From the IMG/VR virus record IMGVR_UViG_3300037478_000562, positions 1-44,877 of that record: a stretch of DNA of 44,877 nt. The stretch is one strand, 5' to 3'. This DNA comes from a virus (taxonomy: Duplodnaviria; Caudoviricetes). The position numbers were made by a program, and so were the translations under genes. Below, one piece after another: positions 27,078 to 34,354 of the stretch (position 1 is the stretch's first letter; each line of letters opens with the position of its first letter). The notes below the pieces were generated by a model. The model made no database searches and was not told where the DNA came from. It saw nothing but the letters and a program-made list of their open reading frames with translations.

Positions 27078-28708
27078 GCTGATGCCTCGGGCGGCTCGGG
27101 GCCGGGTCCTGGGTCGTCGGACACGCGCTCGCGCAGGAACTGCCCTAGAAGGTGACGTCCGCGCGTTGTGCTGACGAGCCAGCGCCATGTCTCGTCGCTT
27201 CCCTCGCGGGCGAGGCTGTCGGGCGTCTCATCCCCGCCGCCCTGGTCGGGCAGCAGGCGCTGGGCCATCTGTTGCGCCAGCTCGGCGCGCCGTAGCTCGC
27301 GCTCGGCAGCCTCGGCGTCGATCCTCTCCTGCTCGTCGTCAGCGTCGACGTGCTGCCCGGTGAGCGTCTCCAGGAGCTGCAGGGTCGCCCGCATCGCCGT
27401 GCGCCGGCTGACGCGCTCTCCCTCGACCGCGGCGTCGAGCGCGGTTTCGGCCTGGGCCAGGACGCTGCCCACCTTGGAGATGTCGCGCTCGGCGATCTTC
27501 GGCAGGTTCGGTTGGAGGGTCACCCCGCCATCGACGCGCCGCGGGAATCGCGTCTGGCGCTCCGCGAGCGCATCGTAGGCGACCAGCAGCGGCGTCTGGA
27601 AAATGGCGAGCAGCTCCTCCTGGAGCGCCTCCAGGGTCTTGAAGGCGACGTCGCTCTGCTCCCCGGACGAAGCCCTATTCGAGGACCCGGCGTCGGCGTA
27701 CCAGTGCTCGGGAATACCCTTGCTCCCGAGGACGTGCAGCAGCACCTGCCGCAGCAGCACCGCGTTGTCGGCCTGGCCGAGGTCCGCGGTCTTCACCTCG
27801 TGAGCGATCGACTCATTGTGCCCGTAGATCCCGCCGGGCTTCGCGATCGCCGCGCGGAGCAGGTCTACCTCGGCCTGGACGGTCGGCCGGTCGCGGGCGC
27901 CCTCGACCTTGAGGTCGTGGACAAGGGTGTTCGCGAGGGTCGTCTTGTCGGTGAGGGTGAACATCAACTGATCGTGCATGTCGATCCAGTCGGCCTGTGG
28001 CAACAGGTCGTACATCCCGCGAAGCGAATTGAGCCGGCCCGCGTGGCGGAAGAAGAAGCACTCGCCTTCGTAGGTGCCGTCAGGGAGCGGGAGCATCACC
28101 TGATAGGACTTCGCCTGCTCGCTCGGGCTGGTCGTCAGGACGACCGTGCCGGGGGTGGTGGCCAGCCCGTTCTTGCCCTTCACGTCCTTGATCGCCTGAG
28201 AGTCGACGAAGTCGCACATGAAGGACCCGTCGACCCCGTTCCGGGCTTCGGAGACCAGCAGCAGCACCTCGCCCGTGACGAGGTACGTCACCGCGTAGCG
28301 GAAGCCGCGCCCCTTGAAGTCGTGGGCGGGGTGCGACCACCAGCGATCGAGGAAGCCCCGTGCGTCGGCCGCCAAGTCCTTCGCCGCTTGCGGGTCCATC
28401 TTCAGGTGCTCGGCGTCGAATTCGAGGGTGTAGCCCACCTCGCGCCCGACGGTCATCGCGACCTGCGTGTGGATGAGGAATCGGGCGAGTGCGTTGCTCG
28501 TGTACTGGAAGTGCGCAATGCGGAGCATCTCATCCTGAGAATAGGCGGTGAGGTCGCGCCGCCACGCCCGACCGCCCTTCACTCGGTCGCTCAGCCTGGT
28601 GTAGCCGTCGTTCTCGTCGCCGGTGAAGCCGCCCAGGGCGGTCCCGCCCAGCGCCTCGACCAACCGCTGCCGCCAGCTCGTCGGCAACGCCCGCTGCAGC
28701 CAGCTCAT
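27074..28708 (-). CDS. portal protein
   Basis: 544 aa directly after TerL; GIPEHWY...SNRASS pattern. Confidence 0.85.
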   Translation of the reverse strand: MSWLQRALPTSWRQRLVEALGGTALGGFTGDENDGYTRLSDRVKGGRAWRRDLTAYSQDEMLRIAHFQYTSNALARFLIHTQVAMTVGREVGYTLEFDAEHLKMDPQAAKDLAADARGFLDRWWSHPAHDFKGRGFRYAVTYLVTGEVLLLVSEARNGVDGSFMCDFVDSQAIKDVKGKNGLATTPGTVVLTTSPSEQAKSYQVMLPLPDGTYEGECFFFRHAGRLNSLRGMYDLLPQADWIDMHDQLMFTLTDKTTLANTLVHDLKVEGARDRPTVQAEVDLLRAAIAKPGGIYGHNESIAHEVKTADLGQADNAVLLRQVLLHVLGSKGIPEHWYADAGSSNRASSGEQSDVAFKTLEALQEELLAIFQTPLLVAYDALAERQTRFPRRVDGGVTLQPNLPKIAERDISKVGSVLAQAETALDAAVEGERVSRRTAMRATLQLLETLTGQHVDADDEQERIDAEAAERELRRAELAQQMAQRLLPDQGGGDETPDSLAREGSDETWRWLVSTTRGRHLLGQFLRERVSDDPGPGPEPPEASA

Positions 28709-30420
28709 CGCCCGTTCCTCCCGAAGATGCGCGCCGAGCCGGCGCTGTTGTAGCGGCCACGGAGTTGGCCGTAGTCGGCGTGAGTCTGCTGCTCAGACTT
28801 CACCGCTGCCGCGGGTGGCGGCACCGCTTGGAAGCGGCGAAGCGCTTGGGACGCAGTGTCCACCTGGTCTTTGGTCCTGGAGTTCGGGAAACCTGCCGCC
28901 TCGGCCAGGAACTCCTGGACCCACGGGTACAGCGCCGGGTGCGGGAGATGGACGTCCCCCGCCTCGATCGTCGGGGAGACGGACGCCGCTCGCGCTTCCT
29001 TCGACCCGTCGGGCTCGATCGGGATCATCCCCGCAATGACACCCCGTAGCGTCGAGAGCACGGCCGGGCCGTTTGCCTTGTCCTCGACCAGGTGCGCCGT
29101 CGCACGCGGCCACCGCCCGGCGAGATCCCGGACGGCCCGGACGGTCTCGACGAACTCGAGCCGGTCCCGGACCTGGTCGAGCAGGAACTTGAGGGCTGCG
29201 CGCCGCGCCCAGGTCTGGCCAACCACGTAGGAGCTGGCTTTGGTGCTCTTGAAAGCCATGTCCCACGAGTTGAGCTGCTCGTCGAAGCGGGCCGGGAGCT
29301 CCATCTGGGCGTGCGTGTGGAGCGTCCCGTCGGGCATTCTGGTGCGCCACGGTGCCGGCGGCGTGGCGAGTCCGGGCGGATACCAGAAACACCACCAGTC
29401 TTTGTGCCAGGTCCCACCCTCTCCCGGCGTCGGGCGCTGCTGGTGTTGACCGCTGAAGACGAAAGAGCCTCGCTTCTTCTCTTCCTCGACCTCGGCCGGG
29501 CCCACTCGCCCGGGCCACATGAGTTCACCCGGCTCTTCGCGCGGATCCGTGAACCCTATGCCCGTGACCTGGACCTGCGGAGGCACCTCGTATTCGGTCG
29601 GGATGCAAAGGTGTTCGTAGCCACCAGCCTCGAGCACGTGCCCCGTCAGGTCTCGCTCGTGCAGCCGCTGCATGATGACCACGATGGCGCTCGTCCTGGG
29701 GTTGTTCTGCCGGCCCAGCCACGTCTCGTCCCACGCGGCGAGGGCGCTCTCGAGGACGTTCTCGGACGCCACCTGTTTCGGGTTGAGGGGGTCGTCGATC
29801 ACGAGCACGTCGCCGCCATCACCCAGCGGGCCAGGGACGAACGCCACGGCCTGCCGGCGCCCTCCGCGGTCGTTCTCGTAGAGGCTCTTGGTGTTCTGGT
29901 CCTGGGCCCACCGGAAGCCGGTGCAGCTCTCGGCGTGCGGCGTCTCGTCGCACGTGCAACCCCAGCGCTCTTGATACCAGGGCGAGTCAATCACCCGGCG
30001 AGCCTTGACCGTGTCCCTCACCGCCAGGCGCTGGGCGTAGGACCCGAAAACCCACTGGCTCCACGGGCGCGAGATCCAGTCCCAGGTCGGCCAGAAGACG
30101 CACGTCTCGAGGCTCTTCATCGACCGCGGCGCGACGTTGATCACGAGCCGCCTGATCTGCCCCGCCGACACGGCCTCGAGGTGCTCGGCGATCGCGTCGA
30201 TGTGCCAGTTGTGGACGTAGGGGACGCTCGTGTGTAGGACGTCCCATGCCTGACGGGTGTAGGCGGAAAGGCTACGCCTCGCCTTCTCCGTCCGGATCTC
30301 GTCCAGGGTCGGGAGGCGCTTGCCCTCGAGCCTTCGGCTCAGGGAGGCGATCCGCGATTCCCTCGAGAGCGTCGAGCTCGTCGTCGGTGAGCTCCTCGAG
30401 TCGAGCACCGCGGTGCTCAT
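28705..30420 (-). CDS. terL: terminase large subunit
   Basis: NWH, Walker A APRSMKS, Walker B VLVIDDP, nuclease SWDMAFK, VEDKANG, DQVDTASQAL. Confidence 0.95.
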   Translation of the reverse strand: MSTAVLDSRSSPTTSSTLSRESRIASLSRRLEGKRLPTLDEIRTEKARRSLSAYTRQAWDVLHTSVPYVHNWHIDAIAEHLEAVSAGQIRRLVINVAPRSMKSLETCVFWPTWDWISRPWSQWVFGSYAQRLAVRDTVKARRVIDSPWYQERWGCTCDETPHAESCTGFRWAQDQNTKSLYENDRGGRRQAVAFVPGPLGDGGDVLVIDDPLNPKQVASENVLESALAAWDETWLGRQNNPRTSAIVVIMQRLHERDLTGHVLEAGGYEHLCIPTEYEVPPQVQVTGIGFTDPREEPGELMWPGRVGPAEVEEEKKRGSFVFSGQHQQRPTPGEGGTWHKDWWCFWYPPGLATPPAPWRTRMPDGTLHTHAQMELPARFDEQLNSWDMAFKSTKASSYVVGQTWARRAALKFLLDQVRDRLEFVETVRAVRDLAGRWPRATAHLVEDKANGPAVLSTLRGVIAGMIPIEPDGSKEARAASVSPTIEAGDVHLPHPALYPWVQEFLAEAAGFPNSRTKDQVDTASQALRRFQAVPPPAAAVKSEQQTHADYGQLRGRYNSAGSARIFGRNGR

Positions 30421-30856
30421 GCCCGATCGTCCCTGAGTGGCGCACCTGGTCCGGGCCAAGGAGCCCGGCGGTCTGCAGCATGTGGCGCGTGAGAATGGTG
30501 GCGATAGCTTCCTTGCGCGAGACCACGGGCTTTCGCTTCCTTCCCCGTGAGTCGGTCAGCTCGAACTCGTCCGGAAACATCGCGGCGAGGTTCTCCACCG
30601 TGGCGCCGAGAGCCCAGCGGCGGAGCAGGCCGACCATCAGCTTCCGTTCGTGTTGGATGATCTCCTGCCCCTCGATCGAGGCGGTGATCTCGGAGACCGT
30701 CGCCCGTCGGCCCGGATTGAGGCCGGCCTCCCGCAGCGCCTCGACGCCGGTGCGCCCCCAGCCCATGAGCACCGCGACCCAACGCTGCTTCTCGGAGAGC
30801 CTGCGGGCGCCGGCTTTCCCCGGCAGCGGGCCCGGCCGTCTGGAGCGCCCCGGCAT
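30272..30856 (-). CDS. terminase small subunit (probable)
   Basis: Upstream of TerL; LSEKQR N-terminus; HSGTI...LEELTDDELDAL C-terminus. Confidence 0.7.
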   Translation of the reverse strand: MPGRSRRPGPLPGKAGARRLSEKQRWVAVLMGWGRTGVEALREAGLNPGRRATVSEITASIEGQEIIQHERKLMVGLLRRWALGATVENLAAMFPDEFELTDSRGRKRKPVVSRKEAIATILTRHMLQTAGLLGPDQVRHSGTIGHEHRGARLEELTDDELDALEGIADRLPEPKARGQAPPDPGRDPDGEGEA

Positions 30857-31117
30857 TCACACGAGGCCCCGGCCGCGGTGCGCCCACAGCACAATGGAGA
30901 CCACGAGGGCACGGATGATCCGGCTCGGTCCACTCCATCGCGCTGTCGGTGGCAACGCTGAGCGGGGACTTGCGTGCTCAGCGGGCAGAGGTTCACGGCG
31001 AGCTGTCCGGGCGGAGGACAGCTCGCGGAGGATGCGCGCGGCGAGGGCTCCGACCGCGCCGAACGCGGCGCCGACCGCGACGATGAGCGAGCCCCCCGCG
31101 AGCAGTTGCCAGTCCAC
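30857..31117 (-). CDS. small membrane protein (holin candidate)
   Basis: Two hydrophobic segments, 86 aa. Confidence 0.5.
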   Translation of the reverse strand: MDWQLLAGGSLIVAVGAAFGAVGALAARILRELSSARTARREPLPAEHASPRSALPPTARWSGPSRIIRALVVSIVLWAHRGRGLV

Positions 31118-31743
31118 TACTCGCCCGCCTTGTCGTGAGGCTTGCTCAGCAGGCTGCCTTCTGGGGGCGTGAGCCCGCGGATCCCGCTCGCCTGGAGCGT
31201 CCCGAGCCAGTCGGTGATCTCCTTCACTGCCTTCCCGACCATCTCGACGGTCTGCTCTCCGGACTGCTGCGTCATCTCCCCGACTCGCCGTTCGCTCGCC
31301 TGGAGCTGGCCGATCACGCGCTGCTCCATCCGGTCGAGCTTCGCGTCCAGCTCGCGCTCCACCGCAGTCATGCGCTCGTCCAGCCGCGGCACCATGAGAG
31401 CCAGTGGGGCGATCTGATTTCGCAACTCGTGAATCTCGGGGTCTTTGCCGTCAGTACGGAAGAAGAACGCCCGGATGCGACGCACTTCGGAGCGGTCGAA
31501 CCCAGTCTCCTCGAGCGCGGTACTGAGCCGGTTGAGCGTCGCGCGAAGCTCTCCGATCTCACTGACCCGCCCCGCCCACTCTCGTAGGATCTTGACCTCT
31601 GAGGCGTCGAGGCTGCGCTCTTCGATGTGGCCTCTGAGCGCGCGGGTGGAGCGCTGGCCGGACACGATCCCGACGACCTGGCCGACGAGGAGCACCAGCC
31701 CCCCGATCGCGTAGCCGAGCTGTTCTGCCCACTCCCACTCCAC
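31117..31743 (-). CDS. N-terminal TM + coiled-coil protein (holin/spanin candidate)
   Basis: LGYAIGGLVLLVGQVVGIV followed by long heptad-rich region. Confidence 0.6.
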   Translation of the reverse strand: MEWEWAEQLGYAIGGLVLLVGQVVGIVSGQRSTRALRGHIEERSLDASEVKILREWAGRVSEIGELRATLNRLSTALEETGFDRSEVRRIRAFFFRTDGKDPEIHELRNQIAPLALMVPRLDERMTAVERELDAKLDRMEQRVIGQLQASERRVGEMTQQSGEQTVEMVGKAVKEITDWLGTLQASGIRGLTPPEGSLLSKPHDKAGE

Positions 31744-31752
31744 ACCGCAGCC

Positions 31753-32055
31753 CTATCCCTGGTCCCATCCCCGGCCCCGCCAGGTTCGCCAGGGCCGATA
31801 GACGCACCGGAGGATGGCGTACCGCAGCCACCCTATCGGAGTCCACCACCCTGCCGGCGAGCGCCGCTGCATGCAGTGGAGGAAGCGCGCGTCGGACTCA
31901 GCGAAGGTGATCGGCTTCCCGTCGATCGTGCGGTGTGTGCGCTCGTGGATGTCATGCTCGAGGCAGCAGTCGCGGAAAAGCGCGCCGCCCATCGTGCAGC
32001 CGTCGGAGTCCAGCTCTCTGGCTCGCGCGCGTACGCGGATCCAGTAGTCGCTCAT
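31753..32055 (-). CDS. phospholipase A2-like / DUF1353-like small protein
   Basis: SDGCT...DCCLEHD...ESDARFLHCM...YAILR pattern. Confidence 0.6.
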   Translation of the reverse strand: MSDYWIRVRARARELDSDGCTMGGALFRDCCLEHDIHERTHRTIDGKPITFAESDARFLHCMQRRSPAGWWTPIGWLRYAILRCVYRPWRTWRGRGWDQG

Positions 32056-32156
32056 CGAGTCGCCTCCTCGGCCGCGCGCCGGTAAAACGCCGACGCCTCA
32101 TCGAGCAGCGGCCCGAGGACCGCGCGGACGGCGTCGACCATCGCCTCGAGCATCAC
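32052..32156 (-). CDS. 34-aa hypothetical peptide
   Basis: Stop/start overlaps on both sides; contains the GAGGAGG RBS of the next gene. Confidence 0.4.
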   Translation of the reverse strand: MMLEAMVDAVRAVLGPLLDEASAFYRRAAEEATR

Positions 32157-34354
32157 GGCACCCCCGCCACGAGCCCGACGAGCCACTGCCTCGCCCCGGG
32201 CGCGCCGTCGCGCGGCTGCGTCGACACGAGCTTGACCCGCAGCGAGGCGCCGGCCGGCAGCCCGGGGACGCGCATCAGCACGTCCGCGACCCACGCCCAG
32301 CGGAGGTCGGCCTCGGTCGCTGCGGCGCAGTCGTCGCAGTCCTCGGGAGGTAGCGCCGCGATCTGCTCGCGGACCCCGTAGCCGAGGTAGGCCCGGATCC
32401 GCCAGTCGGCGTCGCGTTCCCCAGCGGCCAGGCGCACGCCGGCCAGGGCCTGGAGCGGCTCGACCTCGATGCGCTCCCGATCATCCCCGAGCGCGATGGT
32501 CACGCCGCCCGCGACCGCCGGGGAGAGGCTCCACGGGCCAGCCTCGATCCCGTCGACCGAGATCCCGAGCGTCGCCTCGCCGCCGAGCCAGGGGCTCAGC
32601 TTCAGCGGGTCCTCGACAGCGCCGCTCTGCGGGGCGGTCTCGAGCGCCCCGAAGAGCCTGAGCCGGCGCCAGGGCGGGGTGCGGGCTGTGAGCTGCGCGT
32701 GCCACGCCCGGCGGCTGTCGTAGGCCCCAGAGCCCCGGGCCGTGAACACCTGGTAGAAGCCACCGTGCAGCTCCAGCGTCGCCGCCTCAGCGCCCTCAGG
32801 AGCGACGATCGCGGCATCCCGGGGCCTCGTGGTGGGGTGGGCCCCTTCCGGCGCCTCCTGGAGAGGCTGCAAGTTGGTGGATTCGCTGGACTTGCGCGAA
32901 TCGCGTCCGCGCTGGAGTCCCGGGGCCAGCGGCGCGCCCGTAAGTCGTTGATTCTGCGATGCCGGCTTGAGGCCGACCCCCCCAGACTCTACCGCAAGCG
33001 CTGGCGGAAGAAAGATGGCCCCGCGCGGTCGATTCCACTGGACAACCGCAAGCGCTGGCGGTATATTAGGGACATCATGGAGGCCACGATGAGCACGAAC
33101 GAAACGCTGGCAGTCGCCTTTGTCGGTCGTCGTCACGGGGCGGTCTTGACCACCGACCACGCGGCCAGCTCCTACGGGCAGCCCGTGCTCGTGGTTGACG
33201 GGGTCGCGTACAGCCCCGCCGACCCCGTCCCGGCTCAGTACATGGCCGAGACCGGCATGAGCCCCACCGTCTGGGGAAACATCCACCTCTGCCCCGAAGA
33301 CCTGGTCTACCCGCTGCACCCGCTGCACCAAGCGTGGGTGACGGCATGCAGTCGCGTCCCTGAGTGTCACGATCTCTGACCCCAGCTTCCCGCTCTCGGG
33401 CTCCGAGGGCGGGGGGAAGTGGTCAGATTCAGGGCCGAGAGGCCCGAGGAGAGTGAGATGAGCAGCACCAGCAGCACCCACGAGACGATTCAGGCGGGTC
33501 GCCAAGCCGAGCGCCTCGGCCAAGTCAAGACTCTCCATGCCGCCCTGGCTAACGCCCTGGCGGGGTGCGTCGAACTGCAAGGCGCCCTGGACCAGGGCGA
33601 TATCGCGGACGCCATCGAGTGGCTCGAGGCACTCCAGGCCGACGCCGCGCGCGCATTGCTGGAGGTGAGGTAAATGCGGAAACTCCATTACTCGCCGTGG
33701 CCGATTTGGCGCGACGGCAGACAGCGGGAGCGTGCGACAGGACTTGAGACTGCGTGCGGGTACTACCGGCGCAGCGTAGCGCTCACCACCCGACGCGAGG
33801 ATGTTACGTGCGCGTCGTGCCGTAAAGTAGCGCAGGCTGCCAAGTAGATGCCCCGCCAGCGAGCCGTCCCCGGGGTGGGCCGCATCGAGCGCACCCGGGT
33901 CGTCGTCTACGCCGACGGCCGCGAGGAGACCTACCCGTCCCAGCGGCTCGCGTTGCTGGCGCTCGCGGACGCTGCCCGGGCTGAGATCGCGCGAGCGGCT
34001 GCCCGTAAGGCGGCCCGCGCCCTCGGGTCCCGAGGCGGGAAGGTCCGAGGCCCCTCGAAGGCCCGCGCCTCGGCCGGCGACGTGAGCCGCGCCTACTGGG
34101 CGAACCTCACCGACGAGCAGAAGCGAGAGCAGGGGCGGCTCCGCGCCGAGTCCCGGAGACGCAAGAAGGCCGAGCGCGAGCAGCAGTAGCGCTCGGCGGA
34201 CCGGCCGCGGCTTCGGCGGCGTCCACCGGCGCTTGCTTCGGTGGCGCAGCCGGGCGACCGCCAGGGCGGCGAGTGGCGACAAGCCGAAGGCGATCGCCAG
34301 CAGCAGCGCGGCGACCAGCGCGGCGACCGGCGCGGGCTCGGGCTCACAGATCAC
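32153..34354 (-). CDS. 733-codon ORF: N-terminal TM/signal region + antisense-derived insert + C-terminal beta-barrel-like domain
   Basis: Start and stop both GTGA-coupled to neighbours; ends (34354-34190 and ~32840-32153) have GC-rich third positions; C-terminal alternating hydrophobic strands (WRIRAYLGYG, WAWVADVLM, WLVGLVAGV). Confidence 0.6.
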   Translation of the reverse strand: MICEPEPAPVAALVAALLLAIAFGLSPLAALAVARLRHRSKRRWTPPKPRPVRRALLLLALGLLASPGLGAEPPLLSLLLVGEVRPVGAAHVAGRGAGLRGASDLPASGPEGAGRLTGSRSRDLSPGSVRERQQREPLGRVGLLAAVGVDDDPGALDAAHPGDGSLAGHLLGSLRYFTARRARNILASGGERYAAPVVPARSLKSCRTLPLSAVAPNRPRRVMEFPHLPHLQQCARGVGLECLEPLDGVRDIALVQGALQFDAPRQGVSQGGMESLDLAEALGLATRLNRLVGAAGAAHLTLLGPLGPESDHFPPPSEPESGKLGSEIVTLRDATACRHPRLVQRVQRVDQVFGAEVDVSPDGGAHAGLGHVLSRDGVGGAVRDPVNHEHGLPVGAGRVVGGQDRPVTTTDKGDCQRFVRAHRGLHDVPNIPPALAVVQWNRPRGAIFLPPALAVESGGVGLKPASQNQRLTGAPLAPGLQRGRDSRKSSESTNLQPLQEAPEGAHPTTRPRDAAIVAPEGAEAATLELHGGFYQVFTARGSGAYDSRRAWHAQLTARTPPWRRLRLFGALETAPQSGAVEDPLKLSPWLGGEATLGISVDGIEAGPWSLSPAVAGGVTIALGDDRERIEVEPLQALAGVRLAAGERDADWRIRAYLGYGVREQIAALPPEDCDDCAAATEADLRWAWVADVLMRVPGLPAGASLRVKLVSTQPRDGAPGARQWLVGLVAGVP
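32941..33067 (+). promoter_or_regulatory. sigma70-type promoter with duplicated palindromic operator and IHF-consensus site
   Basis: TGGACA(33039-44)-17 nt-TATATT(33062-67); ACCGCAAGCGCTGGCGG identical at 32991-33007 and 33045-33061; TAAGTCGTTGATT (32941-53) is the reverse complement of WATCAANNNNTTR. Confidence 0.8.
33089..33379 (+). CDS. hypothetical phage protein (LTTDHAASSYGQPVLV motif), nested operon gene 1
   Basis: GGAGG RBS 5 nt before ATG 33089, just downstream of the promoter. Confidence 0.75.
   Translation: MSTNETLAVAFVGRRHGAVLTTDHAASSYGQPVLVVDGVAYSPADPVPAQYMAETGMSPTVWGNIHLCPEDLVYPLHPLHQAWVTACSRVPECHDL
33375..33445 (+). other. long intergenic stem-loop plus GNRA hairpin
   Basis: TCTGACC/GGTCAGA, CTTCCC/GGGAAG, GCTCTCGG/CCGAGGGC nested stems; GGGCC-GAGA-GGCCC. 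Confidence 0.65.
33458..33673 (+). CDS. small helical protein, nested operon gene 2
   Basis: GAGGAG RBS; 71 aa amphipathic helices. Confidence 0.7.
   Translation: MSSTSSTHETIQAGRQAERLGQVKTLHAALANALAGCVELQGALDQGDIADAIEWLEALQADAARALLEVR
33674..33847 (+). CDS. 57-aa zinc-binding-like protein (H...TACG...VTCASC), nested operon gene 3
   Basis: Hand-translated MRKLHYSPWPIW...; GGAGGTGAGG RBS; TAA-ATG and TAG-ATG junctions; below ORF-track cutoff. Confidence 0.7.
   Translation: MRKLHYSPWPIWRDGRQRERATGLETACGYYRRSVALTTRREDVTCASCRKVAQAAK
33848..34189 (+). CDS. basic protein with AARALGSRGG motif (candidate DNA-binding regulator), nested operon gene 4
   Basis: AARALGSRGGK...KARA...YWANLTDEQKRE; Arg/Lys-rich. 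Confidence 0.7.
   Translation: MPRQRAVPGVGRIERTRVVVYADGREETYPSQRLALLALADAARAEIARAAARKAARALGSRGGKVRGPSKARASAGDVSRAYWANLTDEQKREQGRLRAESRRRKKAEREQQ

Noticed and set aside
32991-33061. Mini CRISPR array (17-bp repeat, 37-bp spacer)
   Set aside because: Only two short copies, and the second sits exactly between -35 and -10 boxes; operator is the simpler reading.
34120-34195. Apparent signal peptide RRALLLLALGLLASPGLGAE in the 733-aa ORF taken as independent proof
   Set aside because: It is also the reverse complement of the Glu/Lys/Gln-rich end of gene 33848..34189, which automatically yields Leu codons; not counted as evidence by itself.
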